A stretch of DNA of 64,000 nt from assembly GCA_963667845.2 (NCBI GenBank), contig CAXXVL010000002.1, positions 544,001-608,000 on the forward strand. Reading direction: 5' to 3'. Positions within the stretch are counted from its first letter, which is position 1. Each line of letters starts with the position of its first letter. This document shows positions 1 to 8,700 of the stretch, in pieces. The notes below the pieces were generated by a model. The model saw only the letters and a program-made list of their open reading frames with translations, had not been told where the DNA came from and searched no databases. Origin of the DNA: Smithellaceae bacterium. GTDB taxonomy: Bacteria; Desulfobacterota; Syntrophia; Syntrophales; Smithellaceae. A program made the position numbers and the translations under genes.

Positions 1-326
1 TGAATATTGTATGGTATGCCGGCTTCAACGAGAGCTTTGAACAATGGCTGAGCATCATCGGGATTATCGATGATGATCAGCGGGAGAGGATTGCTGAGCT
101 GCGGAATCTTTTCTGCTGCCTCTTCATCATTTTCGTTCTCTTGTGCTTCTAACGCATCGATATCCGGGGGCTCTTCTTTAAGCCTTCTGTTTTTTGCTTC
201 AGCTAAAATAAGGTCGTAAGCTTCTTCTTCAAAGCTATCACGTCCTAATCGAAGAAACTCCTTGATTACTTCATCTGATTGTTCCCTGTAGTACTTCATG
301 AGATCCATTTTCTTTTCCATGTCCAT
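1..326 (-). CDS. Hypothetical acidic protein, runs off the window edge (MDMEKKMDLMKYYREQSDEVIKEFL...)
   Basis: Open frame on the minus strand from ATG 326 with a GGAGAA RBS; absent from the ORF track because it is truncated. Confidence 0.65.
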   Translation of the reverse strand, partial: MDMEKKMDLMKYYREQSDEVIKEFLRLGRDSFEEEAYDLILAEAKNRRLKEEPPDIDALEAQENENDEEAAEKIPQLSNPLPLIIIDNPDDAQPLFKALVEAGIPYNI

Positions 327-563
327 GCTGTTATTCTCCAATAATAAGTTGTAAGCCAACAATTAATATGACTGGTGGGTTTTCTCCGGAATGTTCGGCA
401 CATCCTACCCCATTTAAGGGGGTATGCAAAGCGAAAAAAACATCATTAAATCAAAGATAATAATTCGCCGTCGGGCATTTCACGATCATAAGGATTAAAA
501 AGCCTGATGCGGATATCAGGGAAAATTTGGCAGAAGCAAAGAAGAGATGGCTTTACTAATACT

Positions 564-599
564 GTAGCCGGGGAACAGTAAGAACCGTTCCTCGGCTAC
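564..599. repeat. GTAG...CTAC hairpin (REP-like or terminator) flanked by a TTTACTAATA direct repeat
   Basis: GTAGCCGGGGAAC / GTTCCTCGGCTAC stem; direct repeat at 552-561 and 602-611. Confidence 0.5.
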
Positions 600-619
600 C
601 ATTTACTAATAGCCCACGC

Positions 620-1306
620 CTATTTCAGCACAATCAGCGCATCCACCACCACGGGTTTTGCGCCGTTGAGAATAACCGGATTGAGATCGATTTCCATCAC
701 GCCGTCATAATCCAGACCGATCCGGCCGAGGTTGATGAGCATATGCGCAAGAAGCTTTTTGTCTGCCGCTTCCATGCCGCGGACGGCATCCAGGATTTTG
801 TGACCCCGGATTTCCTGCATCATCTCCTGAGCGTCGCGAACTTCCAGGGGCGCGCGGCGAAAAGAAATGTCCTTCAGGATTTCCGTAAAAATCCCGCCGA
901 GGCCGAACATGACGCAGGGGCCGAATTGCGGATCGCGCGTGAGGCCCATCACCAGCTCGCGGCGGCCTTTAATCATTTCCTGCAAAAGAACGCCGCCTTC
1001 AAACCCTTCCATACCGGCCATGATTTCGCGGAACGCCTTTTTCGCCTCCGTTACGGTGCGGATGTCCACGTGGATCAATCCCTTTTCCGTCTTGTGGGCG
1101 ATTTCCGCAGAGCAGCCTTTCATGACCAATGGAAAGCCGATTTTCTGGATGGCTTTTTCCAGATGGTCTTTATCCTTCACCAGGATTTCTTTCGTGATGG
1201 GCATCTCGTACGCGGCAAGGATCAGCTTGGCCTCATATTCCGAGAGCGTCTTGCGTCCCTGTTTCAGTGCCTTGTCGATGATCTTTGTCGCTTTATCGTT
1301 CTTCAT
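620..1306 (-). CDS. ADP-forming acetate/acyl-CoA ligase beta subunit (ATP-grasp)
   Basis: LSEYEAKLIL, IGFPLVMK, AHKTE, DPQFGPCVMFGLGGIFTE, EIDLNP motifs. Confidence 0.9.
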   Translation of the reverse strand: MKNDKATKIIDKALKQGRKTLSEYEAKLILAAYEMPITKEILVKDKDHLEKAIQKIGFPLVMKGCSAEIAHKTEKGLIHVDIRTVTEAKKAFREIMAGMEGFEGGVLLQEMIKGRRELVMGLTRDPQFGPCVMFGLGGIFTEILKDISFRRAPLEVRDAQEMMQEIRGHKILDAVRGMEAADKKLLAHMLINLGRIGLDYDGVMEIDLNPVILNGAKPVVVDALIVLK

Positions 1307-2805
1307 TTTATTTTTCCTCCATAGTAATGATTGATATGGGATATCGCCCGGATGGCGTCGTGCAGCTCGTCAAATACCGGGATGCCGCAGGCAATGTATT
1401 CCTGCCTCGTCAGGGCGATAAGTTCCGTAACATCCATGCTGTCCAGTTCTCTTTTCACGTTGGGCAGCACCGCGACGACCGGTTTGCCGGTCTCATCGAC
1501 GACATCGCGCATGCACTGCACCAACTCTCTATATGGTGCCACGTCTTTGACCGGTTTGTCAAACATTCTCGCGATTTGTTTGTAATGAAATAAAAGCGAA
1601 ACGATGATTTGCAGTTCAATCCGATCGTCCTTGGCCGCGCCCAGCATGGCTTCCTTGAGAATTTGCGCCGGGACAAAAGGATTGGCAACGTCAATCGGAT
1701 TGTTTGCGCTCGAGCCGGGCCGGGGAAGGATGGAGCCAATGCTTTCCCGAAGGTCTGGAGGAAAGGGCGGGACGTCGATGCCGTAAGTTTCCGCGGTGTC
1801 GCAGGCGGTCACGCCGATGGCGCCGCCGCCGCCGACGATGGATATGCCTCTATAGGATCGGGGCGGCAGCATGGAGAAGGCCATGCTGACTTGCGCCAGC
1901 TCTTCCGTGTCGTTTACCTGAACGGCGCCCGCCTGCTTCAGGATGGACTGCCAGATCACACGATTGCCGCCCATCGAGGCCGTATGACTGGCCACGCTTC
2001 TCGCACCGGCCTTGGAAAGTCCGCCTTTGAGAACAATGACCGGCTTTTTGGAAGCGGCGGCTTTCAATTCGCTGAAAAAATTTTCGCCATCCTTAATACC
2101 TTCAATATACATGGAGATGACCCTGGTTTCCGGATCACCGGCGAAGTAATGAAGAAGTTCCGCTTCGCGCAGGTCCGCGCCGTTGCCGAAACTGACCATC
2201 TTGCTGAAACGGATGCCCAGCCATTTTCCTGCGTGCGCGAGATCAATGGACATGCCGCCGCTTTGCGCGACAAAAGCCACCGGACCGCTTTCGCGGGAAA
2301 GATCCGGCCCCGGCAACAGCGTCAATCCACTGGCCGGACAGTAGATGCCGAAGCAGTTTGGGCCGACCACGCGTATTCCTCTGGCGGCAATTTCCTGAAT
2401 TCTCCGTTCCAGTTCTACTCCTTCTTCAGTTCCCAGTTCGCTGAAGCCGGAGGAGAGAATTTCCACCCCGGCCACGCCGATTTTCAGACAGGATTCCAGT
2501 GTATCCGGAACATATCGCGCGTTTACCGCGATGACGGCAAAGTCAACGGGCTCGGGGATATCTTCCACACTTTTGCAGATTTCCATCCCGGAAAGATTAC
2601 CGCCTTTGGGATTGACGGGAAAGATTTTTCCTTCAAAGCCCATCGCCGAGATGGACCGCAGCATCCCGGTACCGAAACCTACGCCGTTCTCTTCAGCCGA
2701 AACACCGATAATCGCAATACTTCGCGGATGAAAAATTCGTTCATAATCTGTTGCCGGGTAATCCGTTTTTTTGCGGCTTCCGGTTAACTGTTTATTATCT
2801 GTCAT
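1303..2805 (-). CDS. ADP-forming acyl-CoA ligase alpha subunit (CoA-binding and ligase domains)
   Basis: PRSIAIIGVS, GPNCFG, QSGG, SFGNGADL, SHTAS phospho-His motif, NPIDV; ATG 2805 has a GGAGG RBS. Confidence 0.9.
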   Translation of the reverse strand: MTDNKQLTGSRKKTDYPATDYERIFHPRSIAIIGVSAEENGVGFGTGMLRSISAMGFEGKIFPVNPKGGNLSGMEICKSVEDIPEPVDFAVIAVNARYVPDTLESCLKIGVAGVEILSSGFSELGTEEGVELERRIQEIAARGIRVVGPNCFGIYCPASGLTLLPGPDLSRESGPVAFVAQSGGMSIDLAHAGKWLGIRFSKMVSFGNGADLREAELLHYFAGDPETRVISMYIEGIKDGENFFSELKAAASKKPVIVLKGGLSKAGARSVASHTASMGGNRVIWQSILKQAGAVQVNDTEELAQVSMAFSMLPPRSYRGISIVGGGGAIGVTACDTAETYGIDVPPFPPDLRESIGSILPRPGSSANNPIDVANPFVPAQILKEAMLGAAKDDRIELQIIVSLLFHYKQIARMFDKPVKDVAPYRELVQCMRDVVDETGKPVVAVLPNVKRELDSMDVTELIALTRQEYIACGIPVFDELHDAIRAISHINHYYGGKIK

Positions 2806-2830
2806 GATCAACCCTCCTGACTGCCGATTC

Positions 2831-2844
2831 ATCTTGTATGCTAA
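2831..2844. promoter_or_regulatory. Putative MarR operator upstream of the ligase operon
   Basis: ATCTTGTATGCTAA matches the reverse complement of 3294-3307 at 12/14 positions. Confidence 0.5.
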
Positions 2845-2860
2845 TCATATAATTCGCATT

Positions 2861-3280
2861 TTATTTACGCAAATCTTTCAGCATCCTGATCAAAAGCAGT
2901 CTTTCTTCGGTGCTGAACGCGGAAAGGACCTCCTGGTTCACATCCACGGTCTCCTTGAGAAATTTATCCCGGCACTGGCGTGACCTGTCCGTCAATTGGA
3001 TATTGAGGACACGCCGGTCTTCTTTTACGTTTTTGATTATCCAGCCACCTTCCGCCATACGGTCCAGAACGCCGGACAGCGTGGCACTGTCCAGACCCAG
3101 ACGCCTTCCCAGTTCACCGGCGGAGAGACCTTCCTCCTCATACAGAGCGTGCAGGACGAGACCCTGCATGGGCGTCATCCCATAAGATTGCAGACGAGAT
3201 TTAAACGTCCCGTAGACTTTCTGGTTGGCTTTGCTGAGGATAAATAAAATGACGTCCTGATAACTGACCAAAGAAAACAA
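2861..3280 (-). CDS. MarR family transcriptional regulator
   Basis: GLSAGELGRRLGLDSATLSGVLDRM...EDRRVLNIQLT winged-helix motif. Confidence 0.92.
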   Translation of the reverse strand: MFSLVSYQDVILFILSKANQKVYGTFKSRLQSYGMTPMQGLVLHALYEEEGLSAGELGRRLGLDSATLSGVLDRMAEGGWIIKNVKEDRRVLNIQLTDRSRQCRDKFLKETVDVNQEVLSAFSTEERLLLIRMLKDLRK

Positions 3281-3293
3281 CCTTCCATATTAT

Positions 3294-3307
3294 TTAGTAT
3301 GCAAGAT
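3294..3307. promoter_or_regulatory. Putative MarR autoregulatory operator
   Basis: TTAGTATGCAAGAT, an imperfect palindrome just upstream of marR. Confidence 0.5.
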
Positions 3308-3371
3308 AAATAAACGGACAGGCTAAGTCAAGAAAATTTTTGCATAACGAAAGGAACTGGCCGGAAATGGA

Positions 3372-3426
3372 TAACTCATTGATTTAATTGGCGAGCCCAG
3401 CAAAATTCAAACTTGTGACATCCAGA
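3372..3426 (-). mobile_element. Decayed att site: degenerate copy of the tRNA-Arg 3' fragment plus IHF box
   Basis: 46/55 ungapped identity (hand alignment) to 6957-7011. Confidence 0.7.
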
Positions 3427-3846
3427 CTTGAACCGGCCACATCAAACGACTGATAGCATATGCAATAGCGAAGGGACGTTCACAGAGAAAAAATTAGGTG
3501 CCGTTTGGGTGCCGGTCCAGCCGCGATATATCGTTTATCTTAACAGTCTGGAATCTATGCACTGGCAAGGGCTGAGGGAAAAAGTTACTTCTGCAAACAG
3601 AAGTGATATTGGGAAAAGTAAGTATCACCCATGATTCCCGGTAGAATGACAGAGACCATGGGAAAAAGACTGCTGAATTTTCAGCGGCTGTTGGAGGGAC
3701 GATGCTCTCTTGATGGCAGGTGCGACTCCTCCTTCTTGAAAGCCACACTTGAAATATTAATCAAGATGTGCAAATTTTCGTATAGAAATGTGGACTCTGC
3801 TCAATCAATACGAGTCGAAATATCCTTGCTCTCAGGAGCTTAGACA

Positions 3847-4791
3847 ATGTCTGAATCGCTGCATTTCCTTATTCTGGAAGATAACGCCGCTGATGCCGAG
3901 CTGGTACGATTTGAACTGGCAGAAGCCGGATTCGTTTTCACCTCCAAAGTTGTGATGACTGAAGAAGATTTTATTCGTGAACTAAAAGAATCCTCACCCG
4001 ATATTATCCTTTCCGATTACAACCTTCCCAATTACAATGGCGAATTGGCCCTGGCCGAGGCGAAAAGACAATGTCCGGATGCTCCCTTCATCCTTGTGAC
4101 CGGTGCCATCGGAGAAGACCGTGCCATAGAAATCCTAACCAAGGGTGCGAAGGATTACGTCATGAAAAACCGCCTCAATAGGCTGGCTTCGGCGGTCCAA
4201 AGAACCATTGAGGAAGCCAGGGAGCGCAGAGCTCGCAGGGAGGCTGAAGAGAAAGTCATTGAGATGAATAAGAATCTGGAAATTAAAGTGATTGAAAGGA
4301 CAGCGTCCCTGCATGCAGAAATCGCCAAAAGGGCGATGATCGAAGAAGAACTGCGATTGAAGTCCGAGAAACTCGAGGAAACAAACGTGGCCTTGAAGGT
4401 CCTGCTTAAACAGGTCGAAGAAGGAAGAAAGGATTTTGAGACGCAAATCCTTTCTAATATCAAGGAGCTTGTTCTGCCTTACGTCGGCAGTCTGAAACGC
4501 CGTCTATCATCGCCTTCGGATGTTTCCACTTTGGAGGTCATCGAATCCAATCTGAACCAGATATCCTCCTCTTTCCTCCAAAACCTAAAGCTGTCGTATT
4601 ACAACCTCACGCCCAGGGAAATTGAGACGGCAACCCTTGTGCTGGAAGGGAAATCAATCAAACAGATCGCTGAATTGTTGAATATAACGACGAGAACTGT
4701 TGAATTTTACAGAAACAGTTTGAGAAAAAAATTTGATTTGCAGAATAAGAAAGTCAGTCTCCGCTCTCATTTAATGTCGCTTCAACAATAG
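3847..4791 (+). CDS. Response regulator (REC + coiled coil + LuxR-type HTH)
   Basis: LILED, ILSDYNLP, GAKDYVMK; C-terminal LTPREIE...GKSIKQIAELLNITTRTVEFYR. Confidence 0.9.
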   Translation: MSESLHFLILEDNAADAELVRFELAEAGFVFTSKVVMTEEDFIRELKESSPDIILSDYNLPNYNGELALAEAKRQCPDAPFILVTGAIGEDRAIEILTKGAKDYVMKNRLNRLASAVQRTIEEARERRARREAEEKVIEMNKNLEIKVIERTASLHAEIAKRAMIEEELRLKSEKLEETNVALKVLLKQVEEGRKDFETQILSNIKELVLPYVGSLKRRLSSPSDVSTLEVIESNLNQISSSFLQNLKLSYYNLTPREIETATLVLEGKSIKQIAELLNITTRTVEFYRNSLRKKFDLQNKKVSLRSHLMSLQQ

Positions 4792-4836
4792 GCAGAATTG
4801 TGTCGTACTATTTTCTCACCTCGGCATAATTGTTGA

Positions 4837-6537
4837 TCAGTTTGTGTTGTCCGAAAAAACGAAGCCCGAACTTTGTCCAATGTCTACATATCTATCCGCA
4901 CAATTTAGAATTTGATTTCCGGTCACGGCAACATCCTTTGCATACCATGCCTGGATAAAACGGCCGAGAGGCGGGGTCGACGTGCCTTGCCCGCAATCGA
5001 AGGTATTTCCGCTAATCAAACCCGTTGTTACCCCGTACAAACCGAGCAGGACGTCCCCATGGCCGGCGGAAATCTGAATTTTACTGTTCGTCAGTGAAAA
5101 ATCGAGAACATTGGTATAGCTTAACGGATTGTCTTTTCCAATAATGAGGCCTGACGAATGATCGGTCTTTGCGTTAAGCCCGCTCATGATTATCTTGGGG
5201 GCCGACAGCCAAAAAGCCCGGTAATTGGCCTGGAGTCCGGAATCGTCCGTGATGTTGATGTTGGATAGCGTGAGTTGCCCCTCAGCCATGATTTCAACAA
5301 TCGCATGCGTCCCTCCCAGGGTAGATTGAATGTCCTTGAATCGGTATAGACCAACACCATAATTCTGGTTTGCACGACGAATGTTCACATCCCTGACAGT
5401 CGGATTTACAGGCTTCGGTGCACCCCAGATGCTCTCATCCTTTCCCAGAATGGCGTTAGCCCACGTCCCGTCTATCTCGATATCATCGATGAGAATATTT
5501 CGGGAACCGCTGAACCCAATGCCCTTGGCACCGGCATTGTTTATGTGGATTCGTGAAATGATATTATTCTCCGCATAATCGTCAGGACCATAAGCGTCGG
5601 GGCCGTTACTGCCTGTCCAGATTGCATCATCCTTGGTATCCTCAACAAGAACGTCGGCAATTTTACTGTTGGACATGTAATAGGTCCAGATTCCCGTTCC
5701 GTAAACATTTTTTACCGTAGCGGAGGATATCGATATGTTTCTGCTACGCCCCACTGCAATTCCGTGTTGCTTCCCGCCCAGAACATGGACATTTTCAATC
5801 AAACCATTTTCAATCAATGTCTGTGTGCCTGCAATCTCGGACCAGCCAATGGAAATAGTGTTGTTGTTGTTGATCGGATTAAATTCCTGGAGAGCGGTGG
5901 GAAGAGTGACCCAAGTGACCGTGAAATCATGCAAAGCGAAGTTGCTTGCTCTCACCCAAACGACGGGAACGGTTTTGGTCACGGCGGAAATTGTGGTTGC
6001 GAGAACAGATGCAGATCCTTGACCTTCAATCGTGGTTCCGGGATTGTCCACGGCCAGGGATGTCAGCCTGTATGTTCCGGTGGACAGAATAACAACGCCC
6101 CCGCCCGTCAGGGAGTCGGCAGCAGCCTGAAGGGCCAAAGTATCGTCTGTCGTATCATCCACGATTGCCCCCCACCACTCAGGGCGTGCCTCCGTAAGTC
6201 CCGTTACAGAGCCGGAAATCATTACCCCTGGTTCAACTTTTAACGTGATGTTGGCAGGTTTTGCCCAGGAAGTCGCAAAAGTATAATTAGCAATTGCGCT
6301 CCCGTCAATGTGCGCCAAGACGATTATCGCCTTTTTGGTTTCCCCAATGGTGTCACACAGGCTCTTGACGGTCTTCGTCCCGGAAATGCCCTGATCCACT
6401 GCTTTCGAGTCAGCGTAATAGGACTCCAATGCTTCCATGCTGACGCCCGGTGAACCGCCGGAAGCCCCGCATGACGCTAGAGCCAAAATGATCAAAATCG
6501 GGATTATCAATGCTGTTAAAGGATGGTTGGTTTTCAT
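4837..6537 (-). CDS. Lipoprotein with right-handed beta-helix (pectate-lyase-3/tailspike-like)
   Basis: Signal peptide with LALASC lipobox; PEWWGAIVDDTTDDTLALQAAADS...GGVVILSTGTY; repeated beta-helix rungs. Confidence 0.75.
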   Translation of the reverse strand: MKTNHPLTALIIPILIILALASCGASGGSPGVSMEALESYYADSKAVDQGISGTKTVKSLCDTIGETKKAIIVLAHIDGSAIANYTFATSWAKPANITLKVEPGVMISGSVTGLTEARPEWWGAIVDDTTDDTLALQAAADSLTGGGVVILSTGTYRLTSLAVDNPGTTIEGQGSASVLATTISAVTKTVPVVWVRASNFALHDFTVTWVTLPTALQEFNPINNNNTISIGWSEIAGTQTLIENGLIENVHVLGGKQHGIAVGRSRNISISSATVKNVYGTGIWTYYMSNSKIADVLVEDTKDDAIWTGSNGPDAYGPDDYAENNIISRIHINNAGAKGIGFSGSRNILIDDIEIDGTWANAILGKDESIWGAPKPVNPTVRDVNIRRANQNYGVGLYRFKDIQSTLGGTHAIVEIMAEGQLTLSNINITDDSGLQANYRAFWLSAPKIIMSGLNAKTDHSSGLIIGKDNPLSYTNVLDFSLTNSKIQISAGHGDVLLGLYGVTTGLISGNTFDCGQGTSTPPLGRFIQAWYAKDVAVTGNQILNCADRYVDIGQSSGFVFSDNTN

Positions 6538-6934
6538 AGATGACTGATCGGCGCTTATCGGCTTTTAATAAAACCAATAAAATACGTATAAAATACTAGG
6601 CATATATTAGTACAAGGAAAAACAAGAAGGCAAAAAAGAAAAGAACCTATTGATTATTATGATGTCGGACGGGAAGACATTTTATTAAGAACAAAATCTG
6701 TTGGTGAAAAGGAGGAGCTCTGCAAAGACCGCTGCAGCATATGCTGTTAAAAGGTGGCTGGTCAAAATTTATCCATGTAGATAGTCTAGCTCTATTCAGG
6801 ATATCTGAATTTCACTCATGGATGAAAGACATAAAAGTTATGATGGTTCCGGCGATGCAACAATGAAGGGGAAAATGAATTCCTGATGCGAATTAAATTT
6901 CTTCAAAGTTACCCATCCATTACCCATCAAAGAA

Positions 6935-6969
6935 CAAGGAGCTAGCTACCCAAAGCTAACTCCTTGATT
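6935..6969 (-). promoter_or_regulatory. Hairpin and IHF-binding consensus next to the att core
   Basis: CAAGGAG...CTCCTTG stem; the minus strand reads AATCAAGGAGTTA, matching WATCAANNNNTTR at 6957-6969. Confidence 0.6.
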
Positions 6970-6973
6970 TAAA

Positions 6974-7023
6974 TGGTGCGCCCAGGAAGATTCGAACTTC
7001 CGACATCCAGATTCGTAGTCTGG
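6974..7023 (-). pseudogene. 3' half of tRNA-Arg(ACG), the att core of the genomic island
   Basis: CCAGA-CTACGAA-TCTGG anticodon arm, GGAAG-TTCGAAT-CTTCC T arm, TGGGCGC-ACCA end; no D arm or 5' acceptor strand upstream. Confidence 0.88.
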
Positions 7024-7167
7024 TTATATAGTGATAAGTTAACATCACTACAAATAATTTATCAAGTAAATTCAACCATAATATCCATTGACATTTCAGT
7101 CTATATTACTTAAAATCACCCATCATGTTAGCTATAGGTTAGCAAATATATTTTTGAGGCAATAAGC

Positions 7168-8661
7168 ATGGGTATGCAGAAATCATCTAAACGAATTAAT
7201 ATCCCAAAATTTCAAGGGGTATATTACCGGGAATCATCCAAAAGAAGACATTTAGGTAAGCCTGATCGTTGTTTTGATATTTGTTATAGGGATTCAATCG
7301 GTAAGCTTATTTGGGAAAAAGTTGGATGGGCAGGTGAGGGTTATACTGCTGTTGCGGCTTCTCAGATTCGCTCAGAAAAAATTAGGAGTATTCGTCATGG
7401 GGAAATTCTTCCCAAAAAGAGACCTGAAGAAGTAACATTGGGCGAAGTGTGGACACGTTACAATGAATGGATAGAAACCGCCATAGTAGGCAAATATAAT
7501 GAACGTGGATATTACAAAAAACATATTGAGCCTGTTTTTTCGAATACATCACTTTCAAAAATTAGTGCATCTGATCTTGAGCGATTTAAAACAAAATTGA
7601 GCAATAAGAATTTAGCCCCAGCTACCGTTAAACATATTTTGGTAATCATTCGCCAGTTAGTAAACAAGGCAATCTTATGGGGATTGTGGACTGGGCAAAA
7701 TCCAGTATCGAAGGTAAAACTGCCAAAATTAAACAATAAAAGAGAAAGATTTCTCAGCTATGATGAGGCATTGGTTTTGCTCAAAGAATTAGAAAAGGTC
7801 AGTCCCCAATTAAGAGATATGGCACTATTGAGTCTCCATGCCGGCATGAGGGCTGGAGAAATATTCGCGCTTAAATGGGGACATTTGGATACGAAGAATA
7901 AACTCATTCATATTGCAGATCCCAAGAGCGGACGTGCAAGAAAGGCTTTTATGACGGCAACAATAAAAGGAATGTTCGAGGATATGAAAACCGGCAAGCC
8001 TGAAGATTTTATATTTGAATCCAGGAAAGGATCAAAAATTGAGTTGGTGAGTCACGCATTTGATCGCGCGGTAACACGACTAAGTAACTCATGTTACTTT
8101 TGGGCTGAGGAATTCAAAAACGAGATTTCACCTGAGCCGCTCCGCAAAATAATTGAAAATGATTATCCGGATATTTCCATCGGCAATGAAGAAAGCTCTC
8201 TTCGATGGTTGAATAAACTCATAGAACTACCGTCTTTCTATGATAAAATATTCAGGAAAGAGCGAAAACAACAGTTTTCCCAAGATATAAAGAATCTTAA
8301 TACAATAACCGTAAAATATCGGTTGAAGGATGAGAAGAATTTGGATAGTATTGAAAAAGATAATATCAGAAATCTCAACCGTTTATTGCTGGAAGCAATC
8401 TATCCAAGCAAAACACCAAAAATCCAATCAAGATTTAATAAGGGTGTCACAGATCCTCGCCAGAAGATCACATTTCACACCTTACGCCATACTTTTGCAA
8501 GTTGGCTCGCTTTGCAAGGCACTCCGATATTAACTATTAAAGAGCTTCTTGGACATCAAAGTTTGGCCATGACTGAACGATATAGTCACCTTAGTCCCGA
8601 TCAAAAGAAAGACGCTATAAATGGTATAGAAGCTATGTTTATAAAGAACATGGCGATCTAA
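7168..8661 (+). CDS. Tyrosine recombinase/integrase with an internal ~116-aa insertion
   Basis: AGMRAGE (box I R), FHTLRHTFASWL (HxxR), LLGHQS...TERYSH (H, Y); N-terminal arm-binding-like region. Confidence 0.93.
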   Translation: MGMQKSSKRINIPKFQGVYYRESSKRRHLGKPDRCFDICYRDSIGKLIWEKVGWAGEGYTAVAASQIRSEKIRSIRHGEILPKKRPEEVTLGEVWTRYNEWIETAIVGKYNERGYYKKHIEPVFSNTSLSKISASDLERFKTKLSNKNLAPATVKHILVIIRQLVNKAILWGLWTGQNPVSKVKLPKLNNKRERFLSYDEALVLLKELEKVSPQLRDMALLSLHAGMRAGEIFALKWGHLDTKNKLIHIADPKSGRARKAFMTATIKGMFEDMKTGKPEDFIFESRKGSKIELVSHAFDRAVTRLSNSCYFWAEEFKNEISPEPLRKIIENDYPDISIGNEESSLRWLNKLIELPSFYDKIFRKERKQQFSQDIKNLNTITVKYRLKDEKNLDSIEKDNIRNLNRLLLEAIYPSKTPKIQSRFNKGVTDPRQKITFHTLRHTFASWLALQGTPILTIKELLGHQSLAMTERYSHLSPDQKKDAINGIEAMFIKNMAI

Positions 8662-8700
8662 AGAGTTAGAAATTATTCTAAGATAGAAAAGGAAATCACC

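Noticed and set aside
1609..2787. 392-aa plus-strand ORF and similar long antisense ORFs in GC-rich core genes
   Set aside because: Shadow frames opposite well-supported genes, with no recognisable motifs
6684..6770. Partial duplicate of the beta-helix lipoprotein start (TGCTGTTAAA.G.TGG.TGGT)
   Set aside because: About 20 nt of similarity only; could be chance, and no credible gene results
6974..7050. Functional tRNA-Arg gene
   Set aside because: Only the anticodon arm through CCA is present; the upstream bases cannot form the D arm or the 5' acceptor strand
8083..8430. Intein in the integrase
   Set aside because: No C-terminal HN followed by C/S/T, and no recognisable splicing or homing-endonuclease blocks
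7168..8661. Integron integrase IntI serving the attC arrays
   Set aside because: It has a phage-type arm-binding N-terminus, sits beside a tRNA att, its insert differs in size and position from the IntI I2 insert, and it is 14 kb from the nearest attC
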